Origin: Candidatus Undinarchaeota archaeon
GTDB lineage: Archaea > SpSt-1190 > JASMDC01
Reading direction: 5' to 3'
Assembly (NCBI GenBank): GCA_964519305.1
Contig: CAZFHY010000006.1
Span: 1-64,000 of the forward strand
DNA: 64,000 nucleotides
Position 1 is the first letter of the stretch. Each line of letters opens with the position of its first letter. Both the position numbers and the translations under genes were made by a program. The notes beneath the pieces were generated by a model that worked only from the letters and a program-made list of their open reading frames with translations, made no database searches and was not told the origin of the DNA. This document shows, piece by piece, positions 1 to 9,467 of this stretch.

Positions 1-485
1 GGGGTAGTGGCTACGTCGGTAGAAACCGCGAGTGTGACTTACGTAAGATCTTTGTGGACAACGACTGGGTGGAGGCTGTCATCCTACTTCCTGCAAATTT
101 ATTCTACAACACAACCTCTCCGGGAATTATACTTATTATAAATAAAAAGAAACTAAAAATTGGTGAGGTATTACTTATCAATGCCTCCTTACTCTTCAAG
201 AAAGGGCGTCCAAAGAACTTCCTCCCCAACGAGAACATTGCTCGTATCGCCGACCTCTACCTCGATTGGAAGGAGGAGGAGGGTGTCAGCATCATTGTCA
301 CCAAGGATGAGATAGTCAAGAACGACTACAACATTAGACCATCTAGATACGTGACGCAGGACGATAGTGAGGAAGTGTTGCCTCTGGATGAGGCAGTTAT
401 CCTGCTCAGGGAGGCTGAGGAGGAGCGTGCCGTAGCAAATGATAAGCTCAAAGATGTGCTCAAGCAGCTGGAGTTGACGACATGA
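1..485 (+). CDS. hsdM: Type I R-M methyltransferase subunit, C-terminal part (5' end outside window)
   Basis: VEAVILLPANLFYNT...VLLINAS...EIVKNDYNIRPSRYV, typical HsdM C-terminus; stop overlaps the hsdS start (ATGA). Confidence 0.9.
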   Translation, partial: GSGYVGRNRECDLRKIFVDNDWVEAVILLPANLFYNTTSPGIILIINKKKLKIGEVLLINASLLFKKGRPKNFLPNENIARIADLYLDWKEEEGVSIIVTKDEIVKNDYNIRPSRYVTQDDSEEVLPLDEAVILLREAEEERAVANDKLKDVLKQLELTT

Positions 486-1144
486 ATGAGGATGAGTTCG
501 TCCCCGAAGGTTTCAAGATGACTGAGCTTGGACTACTACCGCGGGAGTGGAAGGTCGTAACATTAGGTTCTCTGAATTCAAGAAAAAAGAAGACGCTGAC
601 ACCTGCGGACTATCCCGAAGAGACATTTGAATACTACAGTATACCTGCATATCAACAAAATGGAAAGCCTGTTCTAACCAAAGGGGGGAAAATCCTTAGT
701 CTTAAACTAATTATTGATGATGATACAGTCTTATTCGGGAAATTAAATCCCCGAGTGGAGAAGGTGTGGAGAGTTAGGTCAAGTAGTGAATATCGTAAGA
801 TTGGATCAACGGAATGGTTACCTATCTTTCCTGATTTATCCCTCGTAGATACTGATTTCCTATTCTATATTGAATGGTCAGAATATGTAATGCCTATCGC
901 AAAGACATTAGTTACAGGATCTACGCCAAGCAGGCAAAGGGTTGATCCAAAATCATTCTATAGAATTAAAATACCGCTTCCCCCTCTCCCCGAGCAGAAG
1001 CGCATTGCCACCGCACTTTCGTCCGTCCAGAATGCCATCGAGCAGACTGAATCTGAGAAAAGAATCCTTGAGGGTTTTTTAAAATCCCTTCTACATAATC
1101 TTATGCTCGGGAAGATCCGGACAACTCACATCGAGGTGGATTAA
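482..1144 (+). CDS. hsdS: Type I R-M specificity subunit, half-length (single TRD)
   Basis: GFKMTELGLLPREWKV and IPLPPLPEQKRIA conserved regions; 220 aa; AT-rich central TRD. Confidence 0.88.
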   Translation: MNEDEFVPEGFKMTELGLLPREWKVVTLGSLNSRKKKTLTPADYPEETFEYYSIPAYQQNGKPVLTKGGKILSLKLIIDDDTVLFGKLNPRVEKVWRVRSSSEYRKIGSTEWLPIFPDLSLVDTDFLFYIEWSEYVMPIAKTLVTGSTPSRQRVDPKSFYRIKIPLPPLPEQKRIATALSSVQNAIEQTESEKRILEGFLKSLLHNLMLGKIRTTHIEVD

Positions 1145-4047
1145 TGAGTCCCTTTGGTGGCGAACGCGCTGCGGTCCAGAATCCCATCCTCGCCTACGCA
1201 CAGGAAGTCGGTTGGCAGTACATCTCGCCCGAGGACGCCCAACGGCTACGCGGCGGTAGGGAGGGGCGCATCCTCAAGGACGTGTTCTTCCGGCAGGTGC
1301 AGAGGCTCAATCCGGACTTCATGGACCAGGTGCTCGCCGAGGAGCTGATCAAGCAGATCGAGCGTATCATACCCAACATGAAGGGAAACCTCGCCATGCT
1401 GGAGTACCTGCAGGGTAAGAGGACGGTGTTTGTCCCCGACGAGCGCCGGGAGCGGAACGCGTGCCTCATCGACTTCGGCGACGTATCCCGCAACGAGTTT
1501 CATGTCACCGACGAGTTCACCTTCATCAGCGGAGAAAATCCACCTATCCGGGCCGACATCGTCTTCCTCGTCAACGGCATCCCCGTGTTCATCGTGGAGA
1601 CCAAAGCCGCCCATAAGCGCGACGGCATAGCCTTTGCTTTCGACCAGATCCGGCGCTACCACCGGCAGGGCCCCGAACTATTAGCCATTTTACAGGTGTT
1701 CGCCCTCACGCACATCATCAAGTTCTACTATGGTCCGACGTGGAACACCACGGGCAAGGCGATGCTCAACTGGAAGGATGAGGGGGCGGGCGAGGACTTC
1801 GAACAGCTGGTGAAGACCTTCTTCGACCGGGAGCGGACCCTACGCCTCATCAGGGACTACATCCTCTTCGCCAACGAGGACGACGAGCTGAAGAAGATCG
1901 TGCTCCGGCCCCACCAGATGCGGGCCATCGAGCGGTGCGTGTCCCGGTCGCTGGAGCCTGAGAAGACACGGGGCCTCGTCTGGCACACCCAAGGCTCAGG
2001 CAAGACCTACACCATGATCATCATAGCCAAGAAGATCCTCTCCGATCCCGTGTTCGAGAATCCTACGGTGCTCATGCTGGTGGACAGGAACGAGCTGGAG
2101 AGCCAGCTGGATATTAACCTCCGGGCCGTGGGATTCGAGAATCTGGAGGTCGCCGGGAGCAAGGCGGACCTCAAGCAGCTGCTTAGGGAGGATCGGCGCG
2201 GCCTTATCGTCTCCATGATCCACAAGTTCGACGACATACCGCAGGACATCAACACCCGCCGCAACATCTTCATCCTCGTGGACGAGGCGCACCGGACCAC
2301 CGGCGGCAAGCTCGGCTCGTTCCTCATGGCGGCCCTGCCCAACGCCACCCTCATCGGCTTCACGGGTACGCCTATCGACATGACCACCAAGGGAAAGGGC
2401 ACCTTCGTGACCTTCGGCATGGACGACCCGAAGCTCGGCTACCTGGATAAGTACTCCATCGCGGAGTCAATAGAAGATAAAACCACGGTCCCCCTCCACT
2501 ACGTGTTGACGCCCAACGAGCTGCGCGTGGACCGGGAGACGCTGGAGCGCGAGTTCCTCGAACGCGCGGACGCCGAGGGCATCACCGACGTGGAAGCGCT
2601 AAACAAGGTGCTTGAGAAGGCCGTCACCCTGCGCAACGAGATGAAGAACAGCGACCGTGTCGACAAGGTCGCCCGCTACATGGCCGACCATTACACCGAG
2701 AACGTCCGGCCCCGGGGCTACAAGGCGTTTCTGGTCGCAGTGGACCGGGAGGCGTGCTGCCTTTACAAGGAGGCCCTCGACAAGATTCTCCCGCCCGAGA
2801 TGTCGAAAGTCGTCATTAGTAAGGGGCCGGATGATGAGGACCATGTCAGGAAGCACCTCATCGATGAGAAGGAGGAGAAGCGCATCCGCAAGGCATTCAG
2901 GAATCCGAAGGAACAGCCGGAAATCCTCATCGTGACGGAGAAGCTCCTCACAGGCTTCGATGCACCTGTGCTCTACTGCATGTACCTCGACAAGCCCATG
3001 CGCGATCACGTACTCCTCCAGGCCATCGCACGGGTCAACCGTCCCTACGAGGACGAGCTGGGGGAGAGGAAGACGACGGGCCTCGTCATCGACTTCGTGG
3101 GTATCTTCGACAAGCTGGAGAAGGCTCTGGCGTTCGACAAGTCCGACATCGAGGGCGTCGTCCAGGACATCGAGCTGCTGAAGAAGGACTTCGCCGATAG
3201 GATGGAGAAGGCCAGGGCCACGTACCTCAAGCTCCACCAGGGGGCGACGAAGGACAAGGCCGTGGAGGCCCTGCTCACGCACTTCCTCGACGAGGAGACG
3301 CGGCAGGCGTTCTACACGTTCTTCAAGGAGCTGTCGGACCAGTACGAGATCATCTCGCCCGACGCCTTCCTCGCACCCTACATCAAGGACTACGAGCAGC
3401 TTGCGAGCATGTACAGGATCCTGAAGGAGAACTTCGAACCTCACACCCTCATCGACAAGGAGTTCGCCAGGAAGACCGCACAACTCGTCCAGGAGCACAC
3501 GCACGCCGGAGATTTACGCGGTATCCAGGAGACCTACGAGATCGATGGCGACACCATCACAAAGATCGAGGAGAGCCAGGCATCCGACATAGAGAAGGTG
3601 TTCAATCTCATCAGGAGCATCGTACGCGACGTGACCAAGAACCGCGACACTGAACCGTTCCTCCTCTCAATTGGCGAGCGAGCGGAGATGATAGCCATCA
3701 TGTTCCAGGAGCGACAGAAGAACACGCACGAGGCGCTGGAAGAACTGAAGGGCATCATCGACGAGATGAACGAGGCGCGACAGGAGGCTGAGCAGAAGGC
3801 GTTCTCACCCGAGGTGTTCACCGTCTACTGGATCATGCGCGAGGAGGCCGTACCTGAGCCTGAGGAGAAGGCAGCAGAGATAAGCTCAGTGCTCACCCTG
3901 TACCCGCACTGGCGGACCAGCGAGAAGCACGAGCGACAGCTGCGGAGAGCATTGTACGGTGTGCTCGTCAAGGGCAAGGTCAAGAACATGAAGGGCATCG
4001 TGGAGAAGGTTCTTCGCATTCTCAAGGGTAACAACCATGACAGGTAG
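1144..4047 (+). CDS. hsdR: Type I restriction endonuclease subunit R
   Basis: RADIVFLVNGIPVFIVETK nuclease motif, WHTQGSGKT Walker A, VDEAHR, FTGTP, LLQAIARVNR. Confidence 0.96.
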   Translation: MSPFGGERAAVQNPILAYAQEVGWQYISPEDAQRLRGGREGRILKDVFFRQVQRLNPDFMDQVLAEELIKQIERIIPNMKGNLAMLEYLQGKRTVFVPDERRERNACLIDFGDVSRNEFHVTDEFTFISGENPPIRADIVFLVNGIPVFIVETKAAHKRDGIAFAFDQIRRYHRQGPELLAILQVFALTHIIKFYYGPTWNTTGKAMLNWKDEGAGEDFEQLVKTFFDRERTLRLIRDYILFANEDDELKKIVLRPHQMRAIERCVSRSLEPEKTRGLVWHTQGSGKTYTMIIIAKKILSDPVFENPTVLMLVDRNELESQLDINLRAVGFENLEVAGSKADLKQLLREDRRGLIVSMIHKFDDIPQDINTRRNIFILVDEAHRTTGGKLGSFLMAALPNATLIGFTGTPIDMTTKGKGTFVTFGMDDPKLGYLDKYSIAESIEDKTTVPLHYVLTPNELRVDRETLEREFLERADAEGITDVEALNKVLEKAVTLRNEMKNSDRVDKVARYMADHYTENVRPRGYKAFLVAVDREACCLYKEALDKILPPEMSKVVISKGPDDEDHVRKHLIDEKEEKRIRKAFRNPKEQPEILIVTEKLLTGFDAPVLYCMYLDKPMRDHVLLQAIARVNRPYEDELGERKTTGLVIDFVGIFDKLEKALAFDKSDIEGVVQDIELLKKDFADRMEKARATYLKLHQGATKDKAVEALLTHFLDEETRQAFYTFFKELSDQYEIISPDAFLAPYIKDYEQLASMYRILKENFEPHTLIDKEFARKTAQLVQEHTHAGDLRGIQETYEIDGDTITKIEESQASDIEKVFNLIRSIVRDVTKNRDTEPFLLSIGERAEMIAIMFQERQKNTHEALEELKGIIDEMNEARQEAEQKAFSPEVFTVYWIMREEAVPEPEEKAAEISSVLTLYPHWRTSEKHERQLRRALYGVLVKGKVKNMKGIVEKVLRILKGNNHDR

Positions 4048-4312
4048 GGACGAGTTCAAGGGACGGATACGGGCCTGGGCCGACAAGATCGGCGTCGAGT
4101 ACCGCGAGGTCCACTTCCGCAAGATGCGTACCAAGTGGGGCTCCTGCTCGACGAGGGGGAGGCTCACCTTTGATCCATCGCTCCTCGAGATGGAAGACAG
4201 GAAGCAGGACGAGATCATCGTCCACGAGCTACTACACTTCAGGTATCCCAAGCACGGGAAGATGTTCGATACGATGATGAAGATGCATCTGAAACGTGGA
4301 TTATCAGACTAG
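4037..4312 (+). CDS. Short YgjP/DUF45-like metallopeptidase (commonly follows hsdR)
   Basis: KMRTKWGSCS and IVHELLH motifs; overlaps the hsdR end. Confidence 0.8.
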   Translation: MTGRDEFKGRIRAWADKIGVEYREVHFRKMRTKWGSCSTRGRLTFDPSLLEMEDRKQDEIIVHELLHFRYPKHGKMFDTMMKMHLKRGLSD

Positions 4313-4365
4313 AGAAATGTTTATAATCCAGCGTGAGAATGAATTTACTAACTTTCCTTCCCCCC

Positions 4366-4388
4366 GGAGGGGGTCGACGACCCCCTCC
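4366..4388. terminator. Perfect inverted repeat after the R-M operon, possible terminator
   Basis: GGAGGGGGTCG-A-CGACCCCCTCC followed by pyrimidine-rich sequence. Confidence 0.45.
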
Positions 4389-4443
4389 ACTTCTTTCTCC
4401 CTAATGAGCTTACCACCAACGAAAGACTTTAATACCGAAAGCG

Positions 4444-4464
4444 ACTTATTAAGCCTTAATAAGT
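4444..4464. promoter_or_regulatory. AT-rich palindrome, putative operator
   Basis: ACTTATTAAG-C-CTTAATAAGT upstream of a small RHH-like gene. Confidence 0.45.
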
Positions 4465-4562
4465 TCCGGGGCGACAGCGACCGGACGGGGTGTCGGGGGG
4501 CGGACGATAGATTGCGCCAGCCCGTATTCTCACCGGCGGCCCGGGGCAGGGGGACTATATTG

Positions 4563-4796
4563 ATGGCCATGCGATTTCTGACCGAACCGATGGGACTCCT
4601 CAACTACGAGTACCTCCTTGACCGCGCTGACGGCTTTTTCGGGCGGGCCAGGGACCTCGTCGACGTGCCCGTCGAGTTCTGCTGGCCGGTCCGCCTCTGG
4701 AAGCGCGTTGTCGAGGACGCGGACGCCCGCGGTATGACTCCACCGCAGCTCGTCCGCCAGATCGTACGCGAGCACTACGAGCGTGAGGGGGCATGA
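4563..4796 (+). CDS. Small protein with a C-terminal ribbon-helix-helix-like motif
   Basis: LWKRVVEDADARGMTPPQLVRQIVREHY; start re-assigned from the longer ORF 4296..4796. Confidence 0.5.
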   Translation: MAMRFLTEPMGLLNYEYLLDRADGFFGRARDLVDVPVEFCWPVRLWKRVVEDADARGMTPPQLVRQIVREHYEREGA

Positions 4797-4910
4797 GATA
4801 ACCATGAGGACGAACTTCTACATTGAGCCGACGGACCTACCGAACATCGACCACTTTCTTGCTAGGAGCGACGTGCCAGCTGGTAGCGTTCCACACATGC
4901 GGATAGGAGG

Positions 4911-5141
4911 ATGACTATGATGAACCGATACCTACTGACCCTGATCCTGTCGGTACTCGCCGGCGGGGTGGGGTTGCTACTACTGCACGTCCTGTGGCCA
5001 CTCATCCGATTGCTCCCGGTGGTCGGACAGTACGCGGTCACCGGTGTAGGGGGCATCGCGCTTGCGATCTACCTCGCAGACAGGGCCCGGGAGGTGTTCC
5101 CGCTACCCCTCGAGCCAGCCGACGATCCCGCGAGCGAATAG
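4911..5141 (+). CDS. Small two-TM membrane protein
   Basis: Two hydrophobic stretches; GGAGG just upstream of the MTMM starts. Confidence 0.55.
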   Translation: MTMMNRYLLTLILSVLAGGVGLLLLHVLWPLIRLLPVVGQYAVTGVGGIALAIYLADRAREVFPLPLEPADDPASE

Positions 5142-5279
5142 GATTAAAATTCGCGATTATTAGGATGCATTACATATACAACAAGTCTACTAGAACCTCG
5201 TGAGTAAATCGTTGTACCGAGTAAGTAACGCATGATAGAGTAACAACAAGTAACGACAGGGTTGTAAAACTAGTAGATC

Positions 5280-5699
5280 TCACGTGTCATCTATTATCTC
5301 AAGATAACATATGATATGGGAAATATCTTCATGTATTTTGTTCAGGTTACAATCCATACGTTTGAGAGCACTACAAATTTCTTTGAACACTTCATTCTGA
5401 CTAAGAACCATGTCTTTAAGGTCCGATAATTGAGAATCCGTCACAAGTCTGAGCAGTGGCTTGGTGTCATGTGTGCCCTTCTCTCTTGGAGGTTGTTCTA
5501 CTACCTTGATAGGGCCTTTTCGAATACTCGATCTTCTTTCCTTAGAGGATGAGTTTGCATGTCCCTTATTGGTCCTGGAGCGTTTCAGGTCTCCCCTCTT
5601 GTTTGATCTACCTGAGCACTTTCTCGAGCAATACGTCCCTCGCCTCCTCACCTGGTCTTTAGTAAGAGGCGTCCCACACTCAGGACAATGTTTGGCCAT
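5280..5699 (-). CDS. Zn-finger protein with a C-terminal coiled coil, coupled to the integrase
   Basis: CPECG...YCSRKCS; start overlaps the integrase stop. Confidence 0.6.
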   Translation of the reverse strand: MAKHCPECGTPLTKDQVRRRGTYCSRKCSGRSNKRGDLKRSRTNKGHANSSSKERRSSIRKGPIKVVEQPPREKGTHDTKPLLRLVTDSQLSDLKDMVLSQNEVFKEICSALKRMDCNLNKIHEDISHIICYLEIIDDT

Positions 5700-7000
5700 T
5701 AATCTCCCTCCCCTTTCTCTTCATCGATGGAAGGTTGTCTCTTGCCAGCATCTCCTCCATCCTTCTCTTTCACAAGCTCTTCCGCAAGCTCCCTCGCCCG
5801 TGCCTCAACTTGTTCATCAATTCTCTTAATGAGGATACTAAGGAGCGATGGATCGACCGTAACATTGGGTTGCTCGACGAGGTTCAGCAGATCCTTGGTG
5901 TCGGTGTCAAGAGCTGACTTGAAATTCAGCGCCATTCCGCACTTTGAGCAGAAGCTGGCGTCCTCGGGATTGCGCTCCCCGCACCGCAGGCACTCGACGG
6001 GGACCGGGAGATGGCTTTTACCGTTCTTCCCCTCCTCTTCATCGATCTTGATGCCGTAGACACCGAGGATGGCACCGTCGATATCCCTGCCAGCAAGGTG
6101 AACGTAGGTGGCGGTCATCTTTGTGCCCGGCTCCCAGCCGAAGTAAGCAGCGAGCTGGGAATCGGTGAGATGGTTGGCCAGAAAGGTCGCTCTGCTGTGC
6201 CTGAAGAGGTGTGCGTGGACGTTCTTCTTGATACCGCTGCGCTTGGTGATGCGCCTGATGAGCCCAGCGACAGTGGAGTACGTCATGGGCTTTCCGTTGT
6301 TCTTCACCCACATGGGGGCGTTGGGATCATCCCGGCGGGGATGCATGTTGAGCCAGGCGCGGAGATACGGGTCGGCAGCGAGGAGACGGACACGGCGCAT
6401 ACCGGTCTTACCTATGAGGATGAGCGCGGCGCCGTGCTGGTCCGGGACGAACTGCCTGATCTTTGCTTCCGCCAGCTCCCCGATGCGCGCCCCCGACTCG
6501 TAGAGCGTGATGAGCAGGGCCTTATCCCGATGGTTGCTAGCGGTGTCGACAAGCAACATGACCTCCTCCTCCGTAAGAATCTCTTGGGGGATTTTCTTAC
6601 GGTCCTTGCGGATGCCCGTCTTGATCCACCTGACCTCTTCGGGGAAGTCGTCGCCGGTACCGAGAAGCCACTTGTAGAACTTCTTGATACACACCCGGAA
6701 GTCCTTCTTGGTCCACTCCGAGTAACCGCGGGGGTGGCGTTCGATCTTCCCCAAGAGCGTCTCGATGTCTTTCTGTTTGGCTGCCTCGAAGTCCATTGTC
6801 AGGATCTGAGCAAGCGTCTTGAGGGTGAACACGTACTTGACGGTCCGCGCCAAGCTCAGCCCCTCGGCAGTGCAGTGGTCGGCGAAGCGAAGGATGACCT
6901 TCTTGTTGCGCTCGGAGACGTCCTCGGCCTTCTCTAGGCCGGCCAGAGCGTCCTCGAGCCTTCCTGCATACCCGTAGAGCTGTTCACCACGCGATGTCAT
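5699..7000 (-). CDS. Tyrosine recombinase/integrase with C-terminal Zn ribbon
   Basis: YESGARIGE (R), GKTG (K), HLFRHS (HxxR), FGW, TYVH (Y); CLRCG..N...FCSKCG. Confidence 0.93.
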   Translation of the reverse strand: MTSRGEQLYGYAGRLEDALAGLEKAEDVSERNKKVILRFADHCTAEGLSLARTVKYVFTLKTLAQILTMDFEAAKQKDIETLLGKIERHPRGYSEWTKKDFRVCIKKFYKWLLGTGDDFPEEVRWIKTGIRKDRKKIPQEILTEEEVMLLVDTASNHRDKALLITLYESGARIGELAEAKIRQFVPDQHGAALILIGKTGMRRVRLLAADPYLRAWLNMHPRRDDPNAPMWVKNNGKPMTYSTVAGLIRRITKRSGIKKNVHAHLFRHSRATFLANHLTDSQLAAYFGWEPGTKMTATYVHLAGRDIDGAILGVYGIKIDEEEGKNGKSHLPVPVECLRCGERNPEDASFCSKCGMALNFKSALDTDTKDLLNLVEQPNVTVDPSLLSILIKRIDEQVEARARELAEELVKEKDGGDAGKRQPSIDEEKGEGD

Positions 7001-7058
7001 AGATTATACTAGTATCTAGGTGGTTATAAGTCTTATGGCATGTTTTAAGAAAAACAAC

Positions 7059-7079
7059 TGCCCCTGCCGGGATTTGAAC
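7059..7079 (-). repeat. 21-bp copy of the tRNA-Glu 3' end (att-like relic)
   Basis: TGCCCCTGCCGGGATTTGAAC vs TGCCCCCGCCGGGATTTGAAC at 7128-7148, 1 mismatch. Confidence 0.85.
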
Positions 7080-7127
7080 TTCTCAGTGTGAAGTGATGAT
7101 CTTCTATGTAGCAAGAAGGGGCTAAAG

Positions 7128-7202
7128 TGCCCCCGCCGGGATTTGAACCCGGGTAATTGGCTCGAAAGGCCAACATGATTGACCGGACTACACCACGGGG
7201 GC
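7128..7202 (-). tRNA. tRNA-Glu (TTC)
   Basis: GCCCCCGTGGTGTAGTCCGGTCAATCATGTTGGC-CTTTCGA-GCCAATTACCCGGGTTCAAATCCCGGCGGGGGCA cloverleaf; CCA not encoded. Confidence 0.96.
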
Positions 7203-7255
7203 AGCCCACGTTTGTCCGGAAGGTCTTTTAAACCTAACCCCCGGGCCGCAGGGAG

Positions 7256-7279
7256 GTTACTGAAATTTATTTCAGTAAC
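7256..7279. repeat. Palindrome of the TTACTG-N10-CAGTAA family
   Basis: GTTACTGAAAT-TT-ATTTCAGTAAC, perfect 11-bp arms. Confidence 0.85.
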
Positions 7280-7305
7280 AGCGGTAAGACCTGCCGCAAG
7301 GCACA

Positions 7306-7650
7306 TTATCTCCCGCCCCCCTGGACCACTGAGGGGCGCACGACGTCAGATGATCTGCCCCCCAGTCGCTTCACATCCTCCGGTGTCAGCACGACCTCCC
7401 GCACGAAAACTTGTGCGCCGTGGCGCTCCAGGAGACCGATGACCTCGCCGGCATGACCGCTGGCGACCACCAGCACCGACCGCACGGGCCGCAGGTGCGG
7501 CACCCGCGTGAGGAGGCCGTCCCGCTCGTAGGTGTACCGGCCGTTGTTGGACCTGTCGGTCCAGCCGTACAGCTCGCGGTCGAGCCTGGCCTTGGCCCTG
7601 CCGGAGAGGCCCGGGGACACGAGGTCGTAGCAGATGATCGTCGCATGCAT
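7306..7650 (-). CDS. Small Cas2/VapD-like (ferredoxin-fold) protein, 114 aa
   Basis: MHATIICYDL N-terminal strand ending in YD, GLL..., SVLVV; start re-assigned to ATG 7650. Confidence 0.55.
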   Translation of the reverse strand: MHATIICYDLVSPGLSGRAKARLDRELYGWTDRSNNGRYTYERDGLLTRVPHLRPVRSVLVVASGHAGEVIGLLERHGAQVFVREVVLTPEDVKRLGGRSSDVVRPSVVQGGGR

Positions 7651-7746
7651 CGCTACAGTAGTATAGAGCGGCGATAGTATGAAAAGCTCCGTATACCCCC
7701 CGGAGGGGTATACGAACACGTATAAGCGGACCCGGGACACGGGAGA

Positions 7747-7916
7747 TTACTGAAATATGTTTCAGTAACCCCCGTCCACCCCCGTCGCATGGCGATTACT
7801 GAAATATGTTTCAGTAACCCCCAACCGATCCGGGACTCAGCAAATTACTGTACTTTAGTACAGTAACCCAGAACACCCCCACCACACCCCGGATTACTGA
7901 ATTTAGGTACAGTAAC
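7747..7916. repeat. Four palindromic 23-bp repeats at an exact 49-bp period
   Basis: TTACTG(N10)CAGTAAC starting at 7747, 7796, 7845, 7894, with different 26-bp intervening sequences. Confidence 0.9.
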
Positions 7917-8016
7917 ATACGGATGCTCCCGTCCGCCCCCATGGACGCCGGAGGGGTACCAACGACGACGGTGCAGGGATCAGGACAGGATGTCGTACGG
8001 GCGATCGTTGATGCGT

Positions 8017-8397
8017 CTACATGATGATCTCTTTAACACCCTGGAGGAATCTATCGGCCTTTGTCATCCATTTCCTGGCATCCGACCTGCTCATTTCCTC
8101 CCCTCTGTAATCGACCTTGCTCTTGGTCTGTACGCTGTCCTGGACGATCTGTTTGAGCCCAGCATAAGAGGAGGGGATCTTGTTCGTGACAAGGAGCTCG
8201 TGAAAGAGCTTGATCGCGTCGTCATGTCGTGATGCTTTCCTTCCAAGGAATTCCATGGTCAGTGCATCATTCGCCCGGATGATGGAGTGGATGCACTCAG
8301 CAACGATGACGGTATATTTCTCGCGATCAGCGGAGCTGGCATTGAACAATCCCCTGGCGCTTATGAGCCAGAATCCGGCTTCACGAAGCTCTCTCGT
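8017..8397 (-). CDS. HEPN-domain protein (toxin partner); start uncertain (ACG 8397 or TTG 8349)
   Basis: IHSIIRANDAL...SRHDDAIKLF...KSKVDY HEPN-like pattern; overlaps the upstream MNT gene. Confidence 0.7.
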   Translation of the reverse strand, partial: TRELREAGFWLISARGLFNASSADREKYTVIVAECIHSIIRANDALTMEFLGRKASRHDDAIKLFHELLVTNKIPSSYAGLKQIVQDSVQTKSKVDYRGEEMSRSDARKWMTKADRFLQGVKEIIM

Positions 8398-9376
8398 ACA
8401 TCACCACCCCCCGGTCCAGCTCCTCTCTGAACTCCGATCCATCGAGCTCTTCCCCGGAGGACATGATCAGGGGTATCACCCGTATCCCCGTTCTATCGAG
8501 CGTGCTGCTGGCGATGGAAGCTACACGCGGTTCCAGCTTCCTGTCATCAATGAACACAGCGAGGTCCACATCGCTCTTCAGGCTTTCCTCGCCTCTGGCG
8601 ACACTACCGAAGAGGATGATCCTTCTTACCCCTTTCAACTCCTTGGCCCTCTTGGTGAAGAGCTCAGCTGCCAGTCTGTGCGGGGATGTTCTGATGTCGA
8701 GGACCTTCTTCACTTCCTCGAGGAACGGCGTCGAGCTGTTCAACTTGCATGCGACGGCCTGTCCGATTCGTTCCTTCATTACTACGCCGGCCGAATACAG
8801 GTCCTCGATAAAGCGCCAGACGGTGGAATATGGTCTGTTGGACAGCCTGGCAAGTTCCCTGATGGTAAAGGACCTTGAAGGATATTCGAGAAGCAGCATG
8901 ACGACCTCTTTGTGTTTGGATATCTTGGCCAGGGTCGTATGACGCAGGTATTTCCTGGCCGTCCCGTCTTCTCTTTTGTTCACAGGACTTCGTGATCCTG
9001 TGCGGATCGAGATCCGGGGCGTCCTCATCTCCGCCTTTACCGATAGATGGACCTTATTGTCCACTTCCATCAATCCGAGGCCGAGGCCTTTGATGATCGA
9101 CCGTATCCGGTCCGAGGAGCTGCTCGAAGGTAATGCAAGATAGGAGTAATGGGAACCCGCGGAATGATCGATGGCCCTGGCGATCCCTGAATGGATGTTA
9201 CCCATCCCCCCCTTAACTTCTATCATGATGATGCGGTCGTTCCTTGTGGCAACGATGTCGGGGATGCTACCTTTTACCTTCACCGTTCCCATTATCGAGT
9301 GGCCCGTGCTGACAAGATACTCCTGCACCATCTCCTTTACCTCTCGTTCTGATAAAGTAATATTATTGTTTTTCAT
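8381..9376 (-). CDS. PD-(D/E)XK nuclease-like + wHTH + minimal nucleotidyltransferase fusion
   Basis: IPDIVA...IEVKG; FTIRELARLS HTH; LFGSVARGE..SDVDL. Confidence 0.8.
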   Translation of the reverse strand: MKNNNITLSEREVKEMVQEYLVSTGHSIMGTVKVKGSIPDIVATRNDRIIMIEVKGGMGNIHSGIARAIDHSAGSHYSYLALPSSSSSDRIRSIIKGLGLGLMEVDNKVHLSVKAEMRTPRISIRTGSRSPVNKREDGTARKYLRHTTLAKISKHKEVVMLLLEYPSRSFTIRELARLSNRPYSTVWRFIEDLYSAGVVMKERIGQAVACKLNSSTPFLEEVKKVLDIRTSPHRLAAELFTKRAKELKGVRRIILFGSVARGEESLKSDVDLAVFIDDRKLEPRVASIASSTLDRTGIRVIPLIMSSGEELDGSEFREELDRGVVMYERAS

Positions 9377-9467
9377 TTTGGTTAGTATTATCCATTACTA
9401 AAATAAATAGTTTCCCAATCCAGATGAGAATGTGCGCTCGCCTCCACAGGCACAATGACACGGCCAT

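Larger units (their letters stand above)
1..7148. mobile_element. Right end of an integrative element at the tRNA-Glu 3' end; extends beyond the window start
   Basis: Integrase next to the tRNA 3' end, R-M cargo, AT-rich patches; distal att site not in window. Confidence 0.65.

Noticed and set aside
7747-7916. Canonical CRISPR array
   Set aside because: Only four degenerate repeats, short spacers resembling the local repeat flanks, and no cas1 or effector genes in the window; kept as an unexplained array
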